NCBI GenBank assembly: GCA_964270895.1
Contig: OZ185436.1
DNA: 64,000 nt
Source of the DNA: Podarcis filfolensis
Taxonomy: Eukaryota
Direction: 5' to 3' (one strand)
The number at the start of each line of letters is the position of its first letter. The stretch's first letter is position 1. The position numbers and the translations under genes were made by a program. Below, piece by piece: positions 34,331 to 48,056 of the stretch. The notes beneath the pieces are model-generated. The model saw only the letters and a program-made list of their open reading frames with translations. It ran no database searches and had not been told where the DNA came from.

Positions 34331-37300
34331 AAACACATTTGACTAAGGCATCGCTAGCCAGTGCTTCTGTTGAGTGAGGTGCATGGATGGATCCCCCTGA
34401 CCCGATCACAAGGACGAAGTATGTCGTTGTCACTCAAGGGAGGTTGAGTGCAAAGAAATGTGACTTTACACGCTACCTCTGACTGCATGGACAGTAATCC
34501 TAGCCTTAAGAGAAATTAGAAACGTCTTCAATGATGAGCATTTAGTAGGCCACAAGGAAGCTGTCACCCCTGGGCATAGTGAAGGGTGGGCAAGGTGGGC
34601 AGCCCCCCCCCCATAAAGTAAATAAATAAAAATGCTTAACTAACTGACCAAACACATCAAAGATAGCTCAGTTCTGCCCCCCAAAACATTGATCCTCCCT
34701 CCCCCCATAAATCCTGGCTATGCCATGCCAGTGCTGTCACCCTGATTATAATGACAAAAATAAAAACGTTGAGAGCAGGGATCTCCCCTTTGCACTGCAT
34801 AAACAAAGTGGAGCATTTAAGGTTGCAGTTCTAAGGGCAGCAGGGACTTTAAGTGGTATAATTTATGTTTTGCATGCTGTAGGTTCCAAGTTCAATCTCT
34901 TATCTCCGATGATGGTCCAGAGTTCTGCCTGCAATCGTACCTACAAAGCTAATACTTGTCAATACTGAGCCAAATAGTCTGACCTACAGCTTCCTATGCT
35001 GTTATTTGGATGTAAGCTGCATTGAATACAGTAGAGCAGTGGATTCCCCCAGCCCCCCCCATATAAATTGCAAATTTAAACGTGTATGTGCAAAAGATAA
35101 AATTAAACACATGATCTTCAAGCAATTCTGAAAAAGTCTTCCATTTTTGGAGATAAAAAACCGAACATTCTGGTACCAAATTTATTCATCCAAATGTTGG
35201 AAGACATCACATTTACTGGATAACAATTCAGCCGCTGCATTTTATGACCTGGTATTTTTCACCCAGAAATAATTCCCATATTCAAAAAGTGGCAATACAT
35301 CCAGATTTATTTAAATAACAGTTCTTACATATAGGAGCAAGACTTGCACACAAAAATTAACAAATATACAGTGGAGTTTTCATCCTCTTGTTGCAGCATG
35401 AAAGCAGAGTTCCAAGCAGTATGTTGTGTAGGAGTTTTGTGTAAGAAAGTAATTCTCATATGTTCTGGTTTCTAAAAATGGTAAAACCAGACTGCAGCAC
35501 ACTCTTGCTTTTCCTACAAAAAGGATCCTTGCACTGCTATCCTTTGCACAATTACTTGAGAGTAAATCCCATTGACCTCATCAAGATTTACTTTCAATAA
35601 AACATTTGCTGGCTTAGGCTGTACATTGTTGCCATCAATGGCAGGACCCGCCCGCTGTGGTCCAGCAAAAGCAACTCTAAAGGTTTTTTAAAAGCATCAG
35701 ATAAAAGTAAATATAAGGCATCATACCGATCACTCATAGCATTCCACATCTATAGCAGGTTTTACAAGCAGCCATTTTGCACTAGCAGTAGCACTTGCTT
35801 ACCCTAAAATCCTTGACCTGCTCCTGCACCACCACCCCCTGCTTCACCAAAAATATGCAATTTATTACTGTTCAATTTTCAAAGGTTCTTACCTGACTTG
35901 GTACAGTTAGGGTTCTTCCAGATGACCCGTTTGTTGAGCATTCAGCTTGATTTGTTTGTGGAAAGATTAGGTGACATTGGCTATTTGATGAGCATTCATT
36001 CTGATTTGCTCGCAGTGATGTCAAAGCAGATGTAATCCCACATCCAGTGCATTTTCCCATCACTTTCCTTATTGCAAAAAGTCCAGTCTTTTGAGGAAGA
36101 GGATTTACTGCACACTGCTATATTAGTGCAACCTGAATTTGCTGGTATGTGATTGAATCCCACCCAAAAATAATTGACAAACTGGAAGTGCCCTTACTAA
36201 ATACCACCGCATAAGTAGTAAATCATATTTTGATTTGGCTTTTACGTCTCTTTTTCACCATATTTTCAGAAGATAAGTCACAAGTGACAGCAGGGAAGTG
36301 CAGTATTGGATGGGTGTGAATCTCAGTGTGTGTTTAGTCTCCCTAAGGCCACCTGTATCTCTTACAATTCTCCATCCTCCTTCACATGCCAATCCAAATG
36401 GAAAGTTCACAACTCCTTTGCTCATTTCATAACTTCCGTTACACCATCTTAGCCACTGCTTAAAAAAAAAACAACAACACCCTGCATTCTTATGCATTTT
36501 TGTTATTTTGATTACTTTGACTGATCTATCACTATGGCTAAAGTGTCTGAGGCTGAACTCAGTGGCCCTTACTTCTAGGGACTTGTAGGATTGAACTGCA
36601 GATTTGGTGAAGAGAGATCACTGAACCTTTTGCTAAAATTGATTAAACTGTGGTAAACTCTTAGAGAAAAAGATACAACAACTGCTCTCTGGAAATCTGA
36701 TGCATGGGGTACTGCATTTGCTGCCTGCGGTTGGAATGCCTGCTCACCTCCACTTATACTGTGCTTGTACATCTATTGTATAAACAAGGCAGATATTACA
36801 ATTGTGCCATAAGTTTCCAGTGGAAACTTCCAATGGAAGCTAAACCTTGTAGCATTGCCCCTGGAACCACTCATCATTTGGGGAAGAATATAGCAGCAGT
36901 ACTGTGCAAATCCCCAGATATTATAACTAGACTAAATTTAGTAACACAAAACACGGGCATTTGGATTTTCTGCTTTCAGATTCGGTTGTTCATGTGCTTA
37001 GTGCAGAAATCAGTAGCCCTTGAATACTACTGAGAGGAAGACGAGGAGGAGAAGCTGTTTGCATGACAACTGCAAAAGAAAAAAAATCCACAACCACAAC
37101 CAATAATCCTTAAAGCCTTTTCTCAGCCCATCCCAAAGAGCTTGCAAGTGTAGATGCATATTGCAATATGCCAGGAAGATTAGTAAACCAGAGTTCTATT
37201 ATGCAAAGTGACTTTGCAAAGCTGGAGCAAACCTTTGTACCTTGACACTGCGCCAGATGCATCTTTATCCCCCATGACGTACTACCCTGTTCCACTTCTC

Positions 37301-38726
37301 GTCATTCCTATCTGCTCCAGCCCACTTCAACTTCCCTTCTTTTATTCTCTGTTCCCACCAACATATCACATATCACATACATATCACAAAATCCCTCAAG
37401 CTATTCCACAAATATTCTGTAAAAATTCTGTTAGAAAAATCACACAAATAAAGTGTGCGTGTAGATGTTCATGCATTCCTTGCACACACACCCCATTTTC
37501 TTGCCAGGAATGCTAGAGCCAATTCTTGAATGTTTATTCAAACCAGACATTCCATGTTTTTTAAAGCACAGCAGTGAAAAAGATGGATCATGTACCTGGG
37601 GAAATGCAGTGTCCGCTATGAATATTCAGTAATTCAATATTCATTTAACAGTGTTAACATCTTTTCTGTATTTGTATTTTCTCCCCTCTGATGCAAACCT
37701 CCAAGCAAAACTTTGAGTGCCGTTTTTATACATGACAAATTTCATACATAGCTATCAGTTTTTTGTAGGAAATTGTGCACATGCTCCATGTTCACTGTTG
37801 CAGCCGTGTTCATCCAATGTTCACTAGATGTATCTTTCTCCCCTGAAAATCACTTCTTGACCAAGTGGTTTCATTCCAAAAATAAAAGTTCATTGCCGAT
37901 TGATTCTGCATTGCTCCACATGTCTCTGTTTGAAAACAGACATAGGTGTTATTAAGAATGGGGAGTGGATGTATCCACACCTGTCCAATGAAGTTGTGGG
38001 TGGACACAAGGCAGTAACAGAGAGAAAGGACTAAAGAGAACTTTGGAGTTGAGATAGATCTTTACAGTTTTCCACCTTGTTCTCCACTTCAGGGTTGGGA
38101 AGAATGCCAATAAGGGTCCATTTATCAATTTCTGCTGAAATCTCTATGGTTGAGATTGTTGCAAAACCTGACCAGGTAGCAGGAAATATGAAATACCTCC
38201 ATCTAAGACCATGAAGAGCCATGACTTGTTAACATAGTGAAACTAGGTTAGATGGAGCAATTTTCTGTCTTAGTATAAGGCTGCTCCCTATGCTCCTGGG
38301 TTAAGTTTGGGACTGGTTTCAGCCACCCGAGTTCCTCTTTCCTGCCAGAATATTGCCTTAGAACTCTCAGGTTCATATAATATATAACTAAATTCTTATA
38401 TGGGATTCACTTCTATGTAGGAAATGCTATAACCATCCCTTGCCGTTAACAAATGTGCATAGTTCACTGTGTGTACATGCTGTGATAACCTCCCACATAT
38501 CAGGATATCTTCACAGGAAGACACTTCAGGACTGTGTATACACTTACCTGTTTGCAGTGCAACAATGCCCAGTGAAGTTGCCTCACAACTGGGCCTAACA
38601 TGCTATCAGGCAGGTTTTCTTAGAGTAAAATCATTTTTTAGTTCTCTTTGGAATGTTGCACAACAGCAGGTTTTGTAAGAATCCTATTTTATGCTGCACC
38701 AACTACCTTCCTTACTGAAGTCACAT

Positions 38727-39093
38727 GTTGTTGTTGTTTAGTCGTTTAGTCGTGTCCGACTCTTCGTGACCCCATGGACCAGAGCACGCCAGGCACTCCT
38801 GTCTTCCACTGCCTCCCGCAGTTTGGTCAAACTCATGTTTGTAGCTTTGAGAACACTGTCCAACCATCTCGTCCTCTGTCGTCCCCTTCTTCTTGTGCCC
38901 TCCATCTTTCCCAACATCAGGGTCTTTTCCAGGGACTCTTGAATAACTCAGAGAAGCTATGAGCTATGCCGTGCAGGGCCACCCATGATGGACAGGTCAT
39001 AGTGGAAAGTTTTGACCAAACGTGATGCACCTGGAGCAGGAACCGGCAAGCCACTCCAGTATCCCTGCCAAGAAAACTCCATGGACAAAGACA
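38727..39093 (-). mobile_element. BovB (RTE) LINE insertion, 5'-truncated with an inverted segment
   Basis: 38727-38940 on the minus strand encodes an uninterrupted ESLEKTLMLGKMEGTRRRGRQRTRWLDSVLKATNMSLTKLREAVEDRSAWRALVHGVTKSRTRLND* followed by a (CAA)n tail. 38941-39093 resembles BovB 5'-region sequence in the opposite orientation. 13-bp TSD ACTGAAGTCACAT at 38714-38726 and 39094-39106. Confidence 0.88.
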
Positions 39094-42000
39094 ACTGAAG
39101 TCACATAGCACACGCCATTAAATGTATTTCCCCAGAAAAATGCCAAGCACCTTAACCCCCTGACCTGACGAACTAGACTTGGGCTCAGGAACTAGGACAC
39201 ATGGCTACAGCCAGGAGCCACCTGGTGTCAATGCAAGACAAGGGTTTTTTCTTTGCAAACACAGCCATGATTATGTTGCTTCAGAAGGCTGAAAACAAAA
39301 TAATTTATAAAGCATGTCCTCAAAAATCTACCTTGCAGATATATTTGCTACCTAGGCCTTTCTCAGACCTCTGTTACAATATCCATGTCTGCTAGTGTTC
39401 TGTTAACAGCCATACCACTTCCATCATAAACTTCTAATATCATCTCCCTTCAAGATGGAGACTCTTTGAATAAAGATGGTCTCTCAAAAGGCGCCTTTCC
39501 TTTCAAGCCAGGGGGAAGGCGACTTGAGTTACCTTTGTGGATTACAACTGTCAGAGTATCATCTGGCTTGAGGAAAGCCGAGCCCTTGGCCTTGTCAGTC
39601 AGCATAGTGCAGATAAAACAACCACATGACTTCTCAATTGCTGATAGTGGCCACATATGCTTCTTTAACTGTGTTTTGTTTTGCTGATTTTATCATTTTA
39701 TTTGTTTTAAAATACAGCCTCCTATTCTACAAATATGAAAGGATCCAATCTTCTTAGCCTAGAAATAAGGGAGTGCCATATTGGAGTGGGGGCAACTGTT
39801 TGTATAAACTAAGCATCAATTTCTTTTGTAGACCAAATCAGTTTTCTATATTTGAAGTTTCCAATGCTTGAAGTAGTCATTATTTGGTGGCTGGAACTCT
39901 GTAGCCATTTTTTTGGGTGGTCAAGTGCAGCTTGGGCTGGGAGGCCACTATGTTCATCATTCATATTTCTGAGTGACATCTCTAATATGCCACGTATGAC
40001 AAGTAGTCTTTGTGTACAATGGTAGAAAGGACATCTGACAGAAGAAAAGACTCAGCATCATTCACTTTCTCCTCCCTCAGCTATCTCTGATTGAGTTATC
40101 TCCAGGCAACCAAGCAGTAGCTAATATAGAATAGACCAAATGTAAGGAAAATCTTTTGTTTCCAAATTGCATATTTTCCAGTGCAGTCCTATGCATGTTT
40201 TACTTGCTGGTCAGTGGGGGCCATCCCATTTTGTTCATGGTGATCTACCTCCTAGCTAAGTGTCTGTGGGTGTTTATGAATGGGTGTGTAGGATTGCCGC
40301 CTTAGACCACAGCAACGCTATAAGTGATCTCTCTTAAACACTCACAGCCTTTTGTCTGAGGCAAACTGGAATTGCAGATCTGGATTCCTGCATTATGTTG
40401 TGTCCCTGATCATCCACTGCAACAGCAAAGACTTGTTCTATAAGCTCAGTAAACCATTTAAATTCTGCATAGGGCACATTATATGTGCTAATAGCATCAT
40501 TTAATAAAGCCATCTTTGCTATTTTTCTATGATTGCATTAAGGTACTATGTATTTATATACCCTCATATGTTAAACAAGCGTTTAATAGAATTCACTGCC
40601 TTGCAGCCTTCAGTCTCTTTCTCTCCCTTCCTCCCTCCCTCCCCCTTCTCTCTTTTAAAGACATCAGTGCCCAAAGAACTATTTCAGATGTAGTAATTAT
40701 GTAATATTAATGAATGGTATCACATGCAGTTGTATTTGCCCATTCTTTAATGTAGTGGAAGAGATTCATTGTATGTAATGTGCTTCTTGAGAATGGCCTG
40801 ACGCGGCAAAAATGCCCCAGGTTTAACAGCTCATGTAATATATAACAAATGCATAAATAATTTAGACCCAGAAATAGGTAGCATTTTAAGAGTGGTGGTA
40901 CTCACATCGATGTACATAAAAGTCTGGCAATTAATTCCATGGAAGCCTCCCATCTCAATCAGCCTTAGCAAATATATCTGGGATAAAACTACAGAATACT
41001 GTTTTGATCTTATGAACCAGTGATGTCCAGCACTGTATGTCTACTCACAGAGGTAAGCTGTGTTGAGTTGAATGGCACTTACTCCCAAGTAAGCGGATAT
41101 AAGCTTGCAGCTAAGTGTGTGGTGGGAGGGTATAACTTTCTGCAGATACAAAGCAAATGAAACAGCAAACTAAAATAGTGTTGCATTAGGTTTTTTTCAG
41201 AATGCACCCCAATGTAACATAGGCATGAAGGTTTTGTGAATTGCATATACATTACGGCCTGTTTATCTCGGTGTTTTACAACAAAGCCTTTAAAGAGTCT
41301 CTAATGTCAGATTTCAACGCTGGAGCATTCAGAGGCTACATGCCTGAAAATCCTAGATTCTCTCTTGATCATACTGAGGCGGCTTCTCTGATGAAGATGG
41401 ATAATTGTTTGATGGGACTGGTAGTCTCTCGGCTGTATTCTCTGTATTAACAACCAGAGCATCTGCAATCTGCTGTGTTTTATGCAGATCAGGTGCAGAT
41501 TTTTCAACTCCTGGCACATTTCCATTGCAGCTTTTGATCTATCATAAACCCACAAAATCCATAGAATTCACACCCCACTCTAAAATGTGTATAATCACAC
41601 GTTTTGCCATACATTGCAAAATGCCAGAGGGTTCAGGAGCCTTTGGGGACAAAGCCATATTGAACTGTGCCCTATTGGCATATAACGGCACATAATACCC
41701 AGTAAGTAGCAATTCTTAAATGCACTTTGGAGCAGCAAAATGAAAATCTTAGGCTTAAGATTCTGAATCTTCTGGCTTGCAGGGTTTATTTCAGGCAACA
41801 AAGGCCGGCTTGTGGAAGAGAGTGGTTGCATGTTTAATATTCCACTTTTCCCTTCATTGGGGAGAAAAAGAATCTGGGGTGTCTGCTGGGATGGTAGAAA
41901 GAGCACATGCTTAGTAGTTTTCTCCCTCCATGTTAGGGAACCAGGTCTGTCTCATTACTGGTGACAGCACATATTGGTAGGTCATAGAGCAAGGGGACAG

Positions 42001-43332
42001 CCCTGCACAGAACAGCTGGGGCCCAGAGCCAGCAATCTCATTAAAGTAAGCTGCTGCTATTTCCAGCCTGTAATAGAGCTTTGCAGCTTGATTATATTCA
42101 GTGAAAGCAGGTCATTACAAACACAGTGCTTTTTGCATATTATCTAAATTGAAATAATAATATGTTCTCTCCTTTCATGTGCTATATTGATAAATCCCAA
42201 CTTATGAATGAAACATGTTGATTAGTTAGTTAAAAGGAATTAGTTCTGCATTACGCTTCCAAGTTTAAGGCTTGATTAGTGCAAACAAATAACTTTTTCT
42301 TGATAATAAGCCATTTGCCGATTATTCTTTTAAATGGAACACACCAGCATCAAAATGATCTAGAGAGACAAGTGAGAGTGTCATGGGATTCCCCTTCCCC
42401 ACACGCCTCTTTACTGTTTGAGCTTAAATTCAATGTTACTTTTAGAACCTGGTAAAATGAAGCAGATCCTCTTCCTTTTATACGGTAATATAAACATAGC
42501 AGAAATACACTAACAGCAGTGTGCTTGGAAACAGAATAAGACACGAAGCAAATGTAATATCAATGTAGCAAAGAGAAAGGAATGTGCCCATTGAATACAG
42601 TACTGGTAGCTGGTTGACAATAGATCTTTCTATTACTGCTTCCTCCTTATTTAGCAAATAAACCATCAGGTTTGTGGCCTGGTCCCAGGACCTGCTATGC
42701 CAGTTTATGCACATTTAGAATTGGGCGTGTCTAGTTGTAGCACCACGGCACATAACTATTGCAAGAATGTTGTGTAAGCCATTTGTGTAGATGTGCCAGC
42801 ACATAGCACAGGTTTCAGAAGAAAGGAAGAAATCATAGCTTCAGCAGCTTTTCTAGATATGAGTAAACTCTTTCATACCTACATAATCAACCCCCAGTTT
42901 GATTGCTGCAAGAAACCTTACACTCAGTTGTACCTCTTGAAGTACCTATTTAACCACTAGGATTTCAGCTCTGCTGGATGGCAGATTTAATGCAACCACC
43001 TCAAAAACCCTTAAGTACCAGTTGCAAAACAACATCAGTAGTAATTCAAAGAAGTAAAGGCAGCATACTTACCTAGTGGAGGGGGGAAGGGAGGACATTA
43101 ACAACACTGGAAGTGTTTCCTTGACCTCTTGTAATGGTCAGTGGCATGTGGTTGCATATATGTGAGATCATCTTCTGAGTCTGCTTACTATAGGTGTAAT
43201 GCAGATGGCCACCCCTTCATCTGACACTGCATTTTTTTCAGGGCCTTTCATAATAAATGAATGGATTTAGGACATTTGCTTAACTCACAGCAAAACACTG
43301 GGAACTAAGCATGTGCTTAAACTTCAGAAACA

Positions 43333-43599
43333 GAGCAATCCTAGCCATATCTATTCAGAAGTAAGGCCTACTGAATCCAAAGGGGCTTACTCCTAGAGAA
43401 CCATGGTTAGAATTGTTATCTAAATGTATGAAATAATGGCCTTAAAGTTATATTTTCTTGCAGTATGATCCTATTCAGGTTTACTTCATCACAAAGTTCA
43501 GTGGGCCTTAGGCTGCAATCCTGAACATGCTTATGGAAGAGTAGGCTCCATTGCTTACAGTGGAGCTTACACCCAAGTAAACATGCATAGGAACTCAGC
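43333..43599. repeat. Two degenerate ~85-bp quasi-palindromic repeats (GCAATCCT...AGGATTGC-type)
   Basis: Copies at about 43333-43418 and 43511-43599. Similar decayed copies occur at about 35547-35622, 40181-40302 and 50630-50710. Family not identified. Confidence 0.45.
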
Positions 43600-44261
43600 A
43601 TTAATTGGTTGTTCAAATATGTCTCTGTGTGTTTTCCCCCAGAGTGAAAGTTGTGCCTGGCTAAACGTGAAACCAGGCATTAAAATAGTAATTCTAGGCC
43701 TGGTAAACAGACAAAAATTGCTGATAATAGTTACATTATTGACAACAGGTAAGTTGGTCAAACTGGAAGACCGCTGCAGTCTCTGTGATAAGAAAATAAA
43801 CTTGGAAATGAGTGCAATTCTGTCTTGTCCATGTCCTCTGAAGCTGCTGACTGATCACAAGTCTACAGGGGTTGTAGATCCTGTGTGCCAACTGGTAGAT
43901 GGAGGTTCTTGGTATCTAGAATGATATATGTTGCCTGATAGGGCACAAGATGTGAGAAGCAAAGGATTGGAGGAGTGGGACAATGTCCTTCTAGATCAGG
44001 CTTGGTTACTGTCTTGCATCACAGGACGAAGACAGCAGAGGCATCCTATCTAAGACTGACAGTCTCAAGGAAGCTCCACCGGGGTAACAGAAGCAACTTA
44101 GGGCAGAGGGTGGCCAGCAATGTAGTTGTGTCAATGAAGGACAGACCCTTTTGAGCTCTTAAATGTTTGGAGACATGACTAGGCTTCCTTGGACAGCGGC
44201 AAAACTAGGCTTTATTTCATCCAGGTCAAAGACCCAGCTTGGTAACCCCCATGCACATTTG

Positions 44262-44264
<3 letters not shown>

Positions 44265-44334
<70 letters not shown>
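44265..44334. repeat. Compound microsatellite (AC)17(AG)18
   Basis: Read directly from the sequence. Confidence 0.95.
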
Positions 44335-44335
<1 letters not shown>

Positions 44336-46181
44336 CTGGGAGCCTCAGTGAGGCCCCTCTGGAGACTTCACCTGGGGCAGAAAACCTTGCTAGCCCCCCC
44401 CCCCAAGCTAGGACTCTGCCTTGGACACAGAAAAGCAGGCACACACAGAATTTTCAGTAACAGAGTCTTTTTAAACAGTAGCGTAATGTTGTGGTCTCGA
44501 TGCTGAGCCACAACCTGCAGAGTTCAGTGGAGTGGGTGGCCAGCCAACCAGAAGTGTCTGGAGGCAGAGTCAGCACCCAAAGTCAGATCCAGTCCTAGGG
44601 TCAGGCAAACAGCAATCCACATGGTCAAATGGTTCAGGGGTCAGGGAATCCAATGAGCAATGGACAAACAGGAAGGTCGGACCAGGAACTACATGCTCTG
44701 TTTCCAGCATCTGATTGCTTCTGGAAGCTCTGCTTAAGAAGGATGAAGCCAGTTGGTTCTCATCAGTGCCTTCTCCTCTGAGTCCTTGAAGGCTGAACAG
44801 CTGAAGGTGGAGTCAATCTGCCTTCTCCGCCTTCAGACTGCTGTTCAACAGGTGAGGCTGACTCCTAACCCATGACACGTAAGTGCAACCAAGCAGACAC
44901 TTTGGCTTCAGGGGGCATCCAAAGCTGTCTAAAGGGACCGTACAGATGTGGTGGAACAGTGACATGAGTTATGAAGTATCATTTTAGGAATCAGGATTTG
45001 GTCCCTGTTCTCAGCAGCCCTTAAGGGCTGGGATCAGTTCTGGAGATACTGTTGATTCATTGGGTGGTGAAGCGTGGTCCTAAGAGAACCTTTGATTCAG
45101 TATCAGAAATAACTGCATCATCACTGGAGAACTCTCAGGATATTAGAGGATGTGGCCAGATCTTCGACTCCTTAGATGATATTTTCCACCCCCTTCTTGG
45201 GACCTATAGAGTCAGATCAAGATGCTTAGTTCCAGTCTTCCCCCACAGGAGAAGGTGGGAAGGATACAAGCTGTTTATAATCTGGTTTGTTTCAGAAATG
45301 TCTGCATCTAATAATAACTACGGCAAATACTTGCCTGAACACCATGCTCAGTTTCCAGGGGCTGTATGCATAATTTCTGAAGTAAACAAAACACTTGTGT
45401 TTTCTACTTATTATTAGATACAGACATTTTTGAAGCAAACTACAGTCCTTGCATGTGAAAGAGAGTTTTAATATTCTTCCCACTGCACCACCATTTTCTT
45501 AGTTCTTTAACTATCCTAACTGCCCTCTCCAGTTTTCTTCCAGTGTCCAAAAGACGAGTAAGGAAATTATTGTTCAAATCATGAAAGGCAGATAAGGAAT
45601 ATAAAAATTCCAGGGAATGGTGTGAAGAGACACATGAGGCCCCTTCCTTGATGAAGCTAAGCAGGTATGGATCTACTCAGTTCCTGGTTGTGTGCCTGCA
45701 CACCACCTTGGTTTTAGATACTTTTGCCTGTAACATGGGTGCAATGCCTTTGGATTTAATGATAAGTCGTTCATTCACCTCCATTGTTTCATTCCTTTAT
45801 TTAGGAACACAGGAAGCTGCCTTCCACTGGGCTAGATAATTTAGCTCAGTATTGTCTACACCAGATATCTTCAACCTTTTCATACTCAGGACCTACTTTT
45901 ACCCCCAAGCATTTGGGGACCCCTTTCTTCTTTTACCATATATTTGCAAAGTGGTCGTGATCCTGTTGTGACCCAACTTGGATCATGCCACAGCCTACTA
46001 GTTGGTCCCAACCCACCAATTAAAGACCACTGCTCTACACTGAACTTGGCAGCAGCTGTCCAGGGTTTTAGAGAGAGGCGTTTCTTTTTCTTGAAAAATG
46101 CTCTCTTTACCATTGAGTTATGCAGTGCTGGATTACCCAAGAGGCAAATGAAGGACGTGCTTAGGCACCAGCAAAGCAGTG

Positions 46182-46183
<2 letters not shown>

Positions 46184-46225
<42 letters not shown>
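46184..46225. repeat. (AC)21 microsatellite
   Basis: Read directly from the sequence. Confidence 0.95.
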
Positions 46226-46228
<3 letters not shown>

Positions 46229-47876
46229 GAGATAATTTTTGGAAAGAATTTGACATTTGATATTTCAGAGAAAGCACTGAAGCATCAAAGCAAACATTAG
46301 GGGGGGGACCTGAACTTTCTTAGACTTCCTTACACTCCATTACACAATTCCCCCCATTTTTCTGTTCTTTTATTGTTACTTATCCTCACCTAAACCAGGA
46401 AAGATCCTACTAACATAGATTAATATAATCTGAGAAAATCAGATCCTGTACTGCAATGTGTTGCACATGAGATACATGCATGTAGATTTCAGCATACGTG
46501 TAAGTTTTGTGTCCTTTGAAAAATATAAATTTATTTTACCATTTAGTATTGTTTTTATTTTGAATTATATATGGTGGACACCATAATTTTTTCAGTGCTT
46601 AGGGCCTCTAAAGGTATTAATCTGGCCCTGGAGCTATGGTCCCTCATTTACTTTAACATTTCTATCTTGCTTTTCTTTTTCAAAAGTAGTAATAAGCTAC
46701 ACCACCTTTGGAAATATTTTTCAAAAATGTCAGTGATAACAATTACATTTTTTACTGCTCTATTGCTAAAGCATTGAGGATGGCAAAAAAAGTTTTAAAT
46801 GAGACAAGCCTAGTATGTATTAAAATCAGACCTTACTTCCATCCCTTGATTATCTTGAACACAAAGTTCTTTAAAAAGCGGGGGCGGGAGAGAAAAAGTG
46901 ATAAAATACTTAAGTAAATTGAAGTCGAGTAAATCTGAGGGAGTCTGTGTGTCTTGGGAGGTCAAAGGATCAAAAGGCTACTGTCGGATGCTCAATGAGT
47001 ATAAGAAACAAATCAGTTTAAAGTGCAAATAGTATACAGGTCAGATGTGGGAAGCAAAGTGTTGCTGAAATCACCAGACCAGATGTACTTGAAAAGCAAC
47101 ATTATTTGTTACACCAACAGCACTGTTGCCAGAGGCTGGAAACTGGTTTGGATCCTGTTTTATTAGTGAGGCAAACAATAGATGTTTTATATAATTCCCA
47201 TAATGTTCCTCCCACATCTCTCACCCCACCTTTGAAATTAACCATACAAAAAACGAGGCAACGCACCTCTCACCGAGGGGGAAAGAACCATGGGAATATG
47301 AAAAGGGTGTGCAAATGGTAATTGTGCTGTAGTTGTTACATTTATTCTGAAGCCACACAAGACAGGGACCAGACACGTAATGACAGCATTCATGATTTTT
47401 CCATGATGGTGGCCATGTTCATAGATGTATTTTCCTACACACATATGAAAAGGGCCGGGTGTGAAAAGGCTTGTTTTGAACATCAAACTCAGTGAGGTTG
47501 CTTAGCTGCTACACTCGATCAGAATGCAGCTTTACTTGCCCTTCTGCAATGATTAAGATAATGTGCATATCTATGGGTGTGAGTCTACAAACAATGTGAG
47601 GAGAAACAACAACAGCAGCAACAGCAGCAAGTACCGGTAGGTGTTAGCTTCCCTGTTGAATATATCAGCTTGCCCTGCTGGTTTGCCACAACCTTATGTC
47701 TTTCAGACTCTGCCTACACATTGCCTTCCCAATCTCTGATGGAGCAGATTACATTAGGTGAGTTAGAACTGCCCATTTCCATCCAGCTCGGCTCTGCATT
47801 TCCTCAAATGACAAAACAAATATTCTCTACACTTGGTTTACTGTAAAACATTATGAAGAAAAGAGGGGAGTAGGAG

Positions 47877-48056
47877 CAGTGGCGTAGCGTGGGGGGTGCA
47901 GGGGGGGCGGGCCGCACCGGGCGCAACATCTGGGGTTAGGGCAAATCCATGGGTTAGGGGGCGCAAATCCACGGGTTAGGGGGTGCAAATCCACGGGTTA
48001 GGGGGCGCAAATTACTTGCCTTGCCCCGGGTGCTGACAACCCACGCTACGCCACTG
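47877..48056. mobile_element. Non-autonomous hAT element with an internal GGGTTAGGG-containing minisatellite
   Basis: Perfect 17-bp TIRs CAGTGGCGTAGCGTGGG, exact 8-bp TSD AGTAGGAG (47869-47876, 48057-48064), four ~22-bp internal units. Confidence 0.92.
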
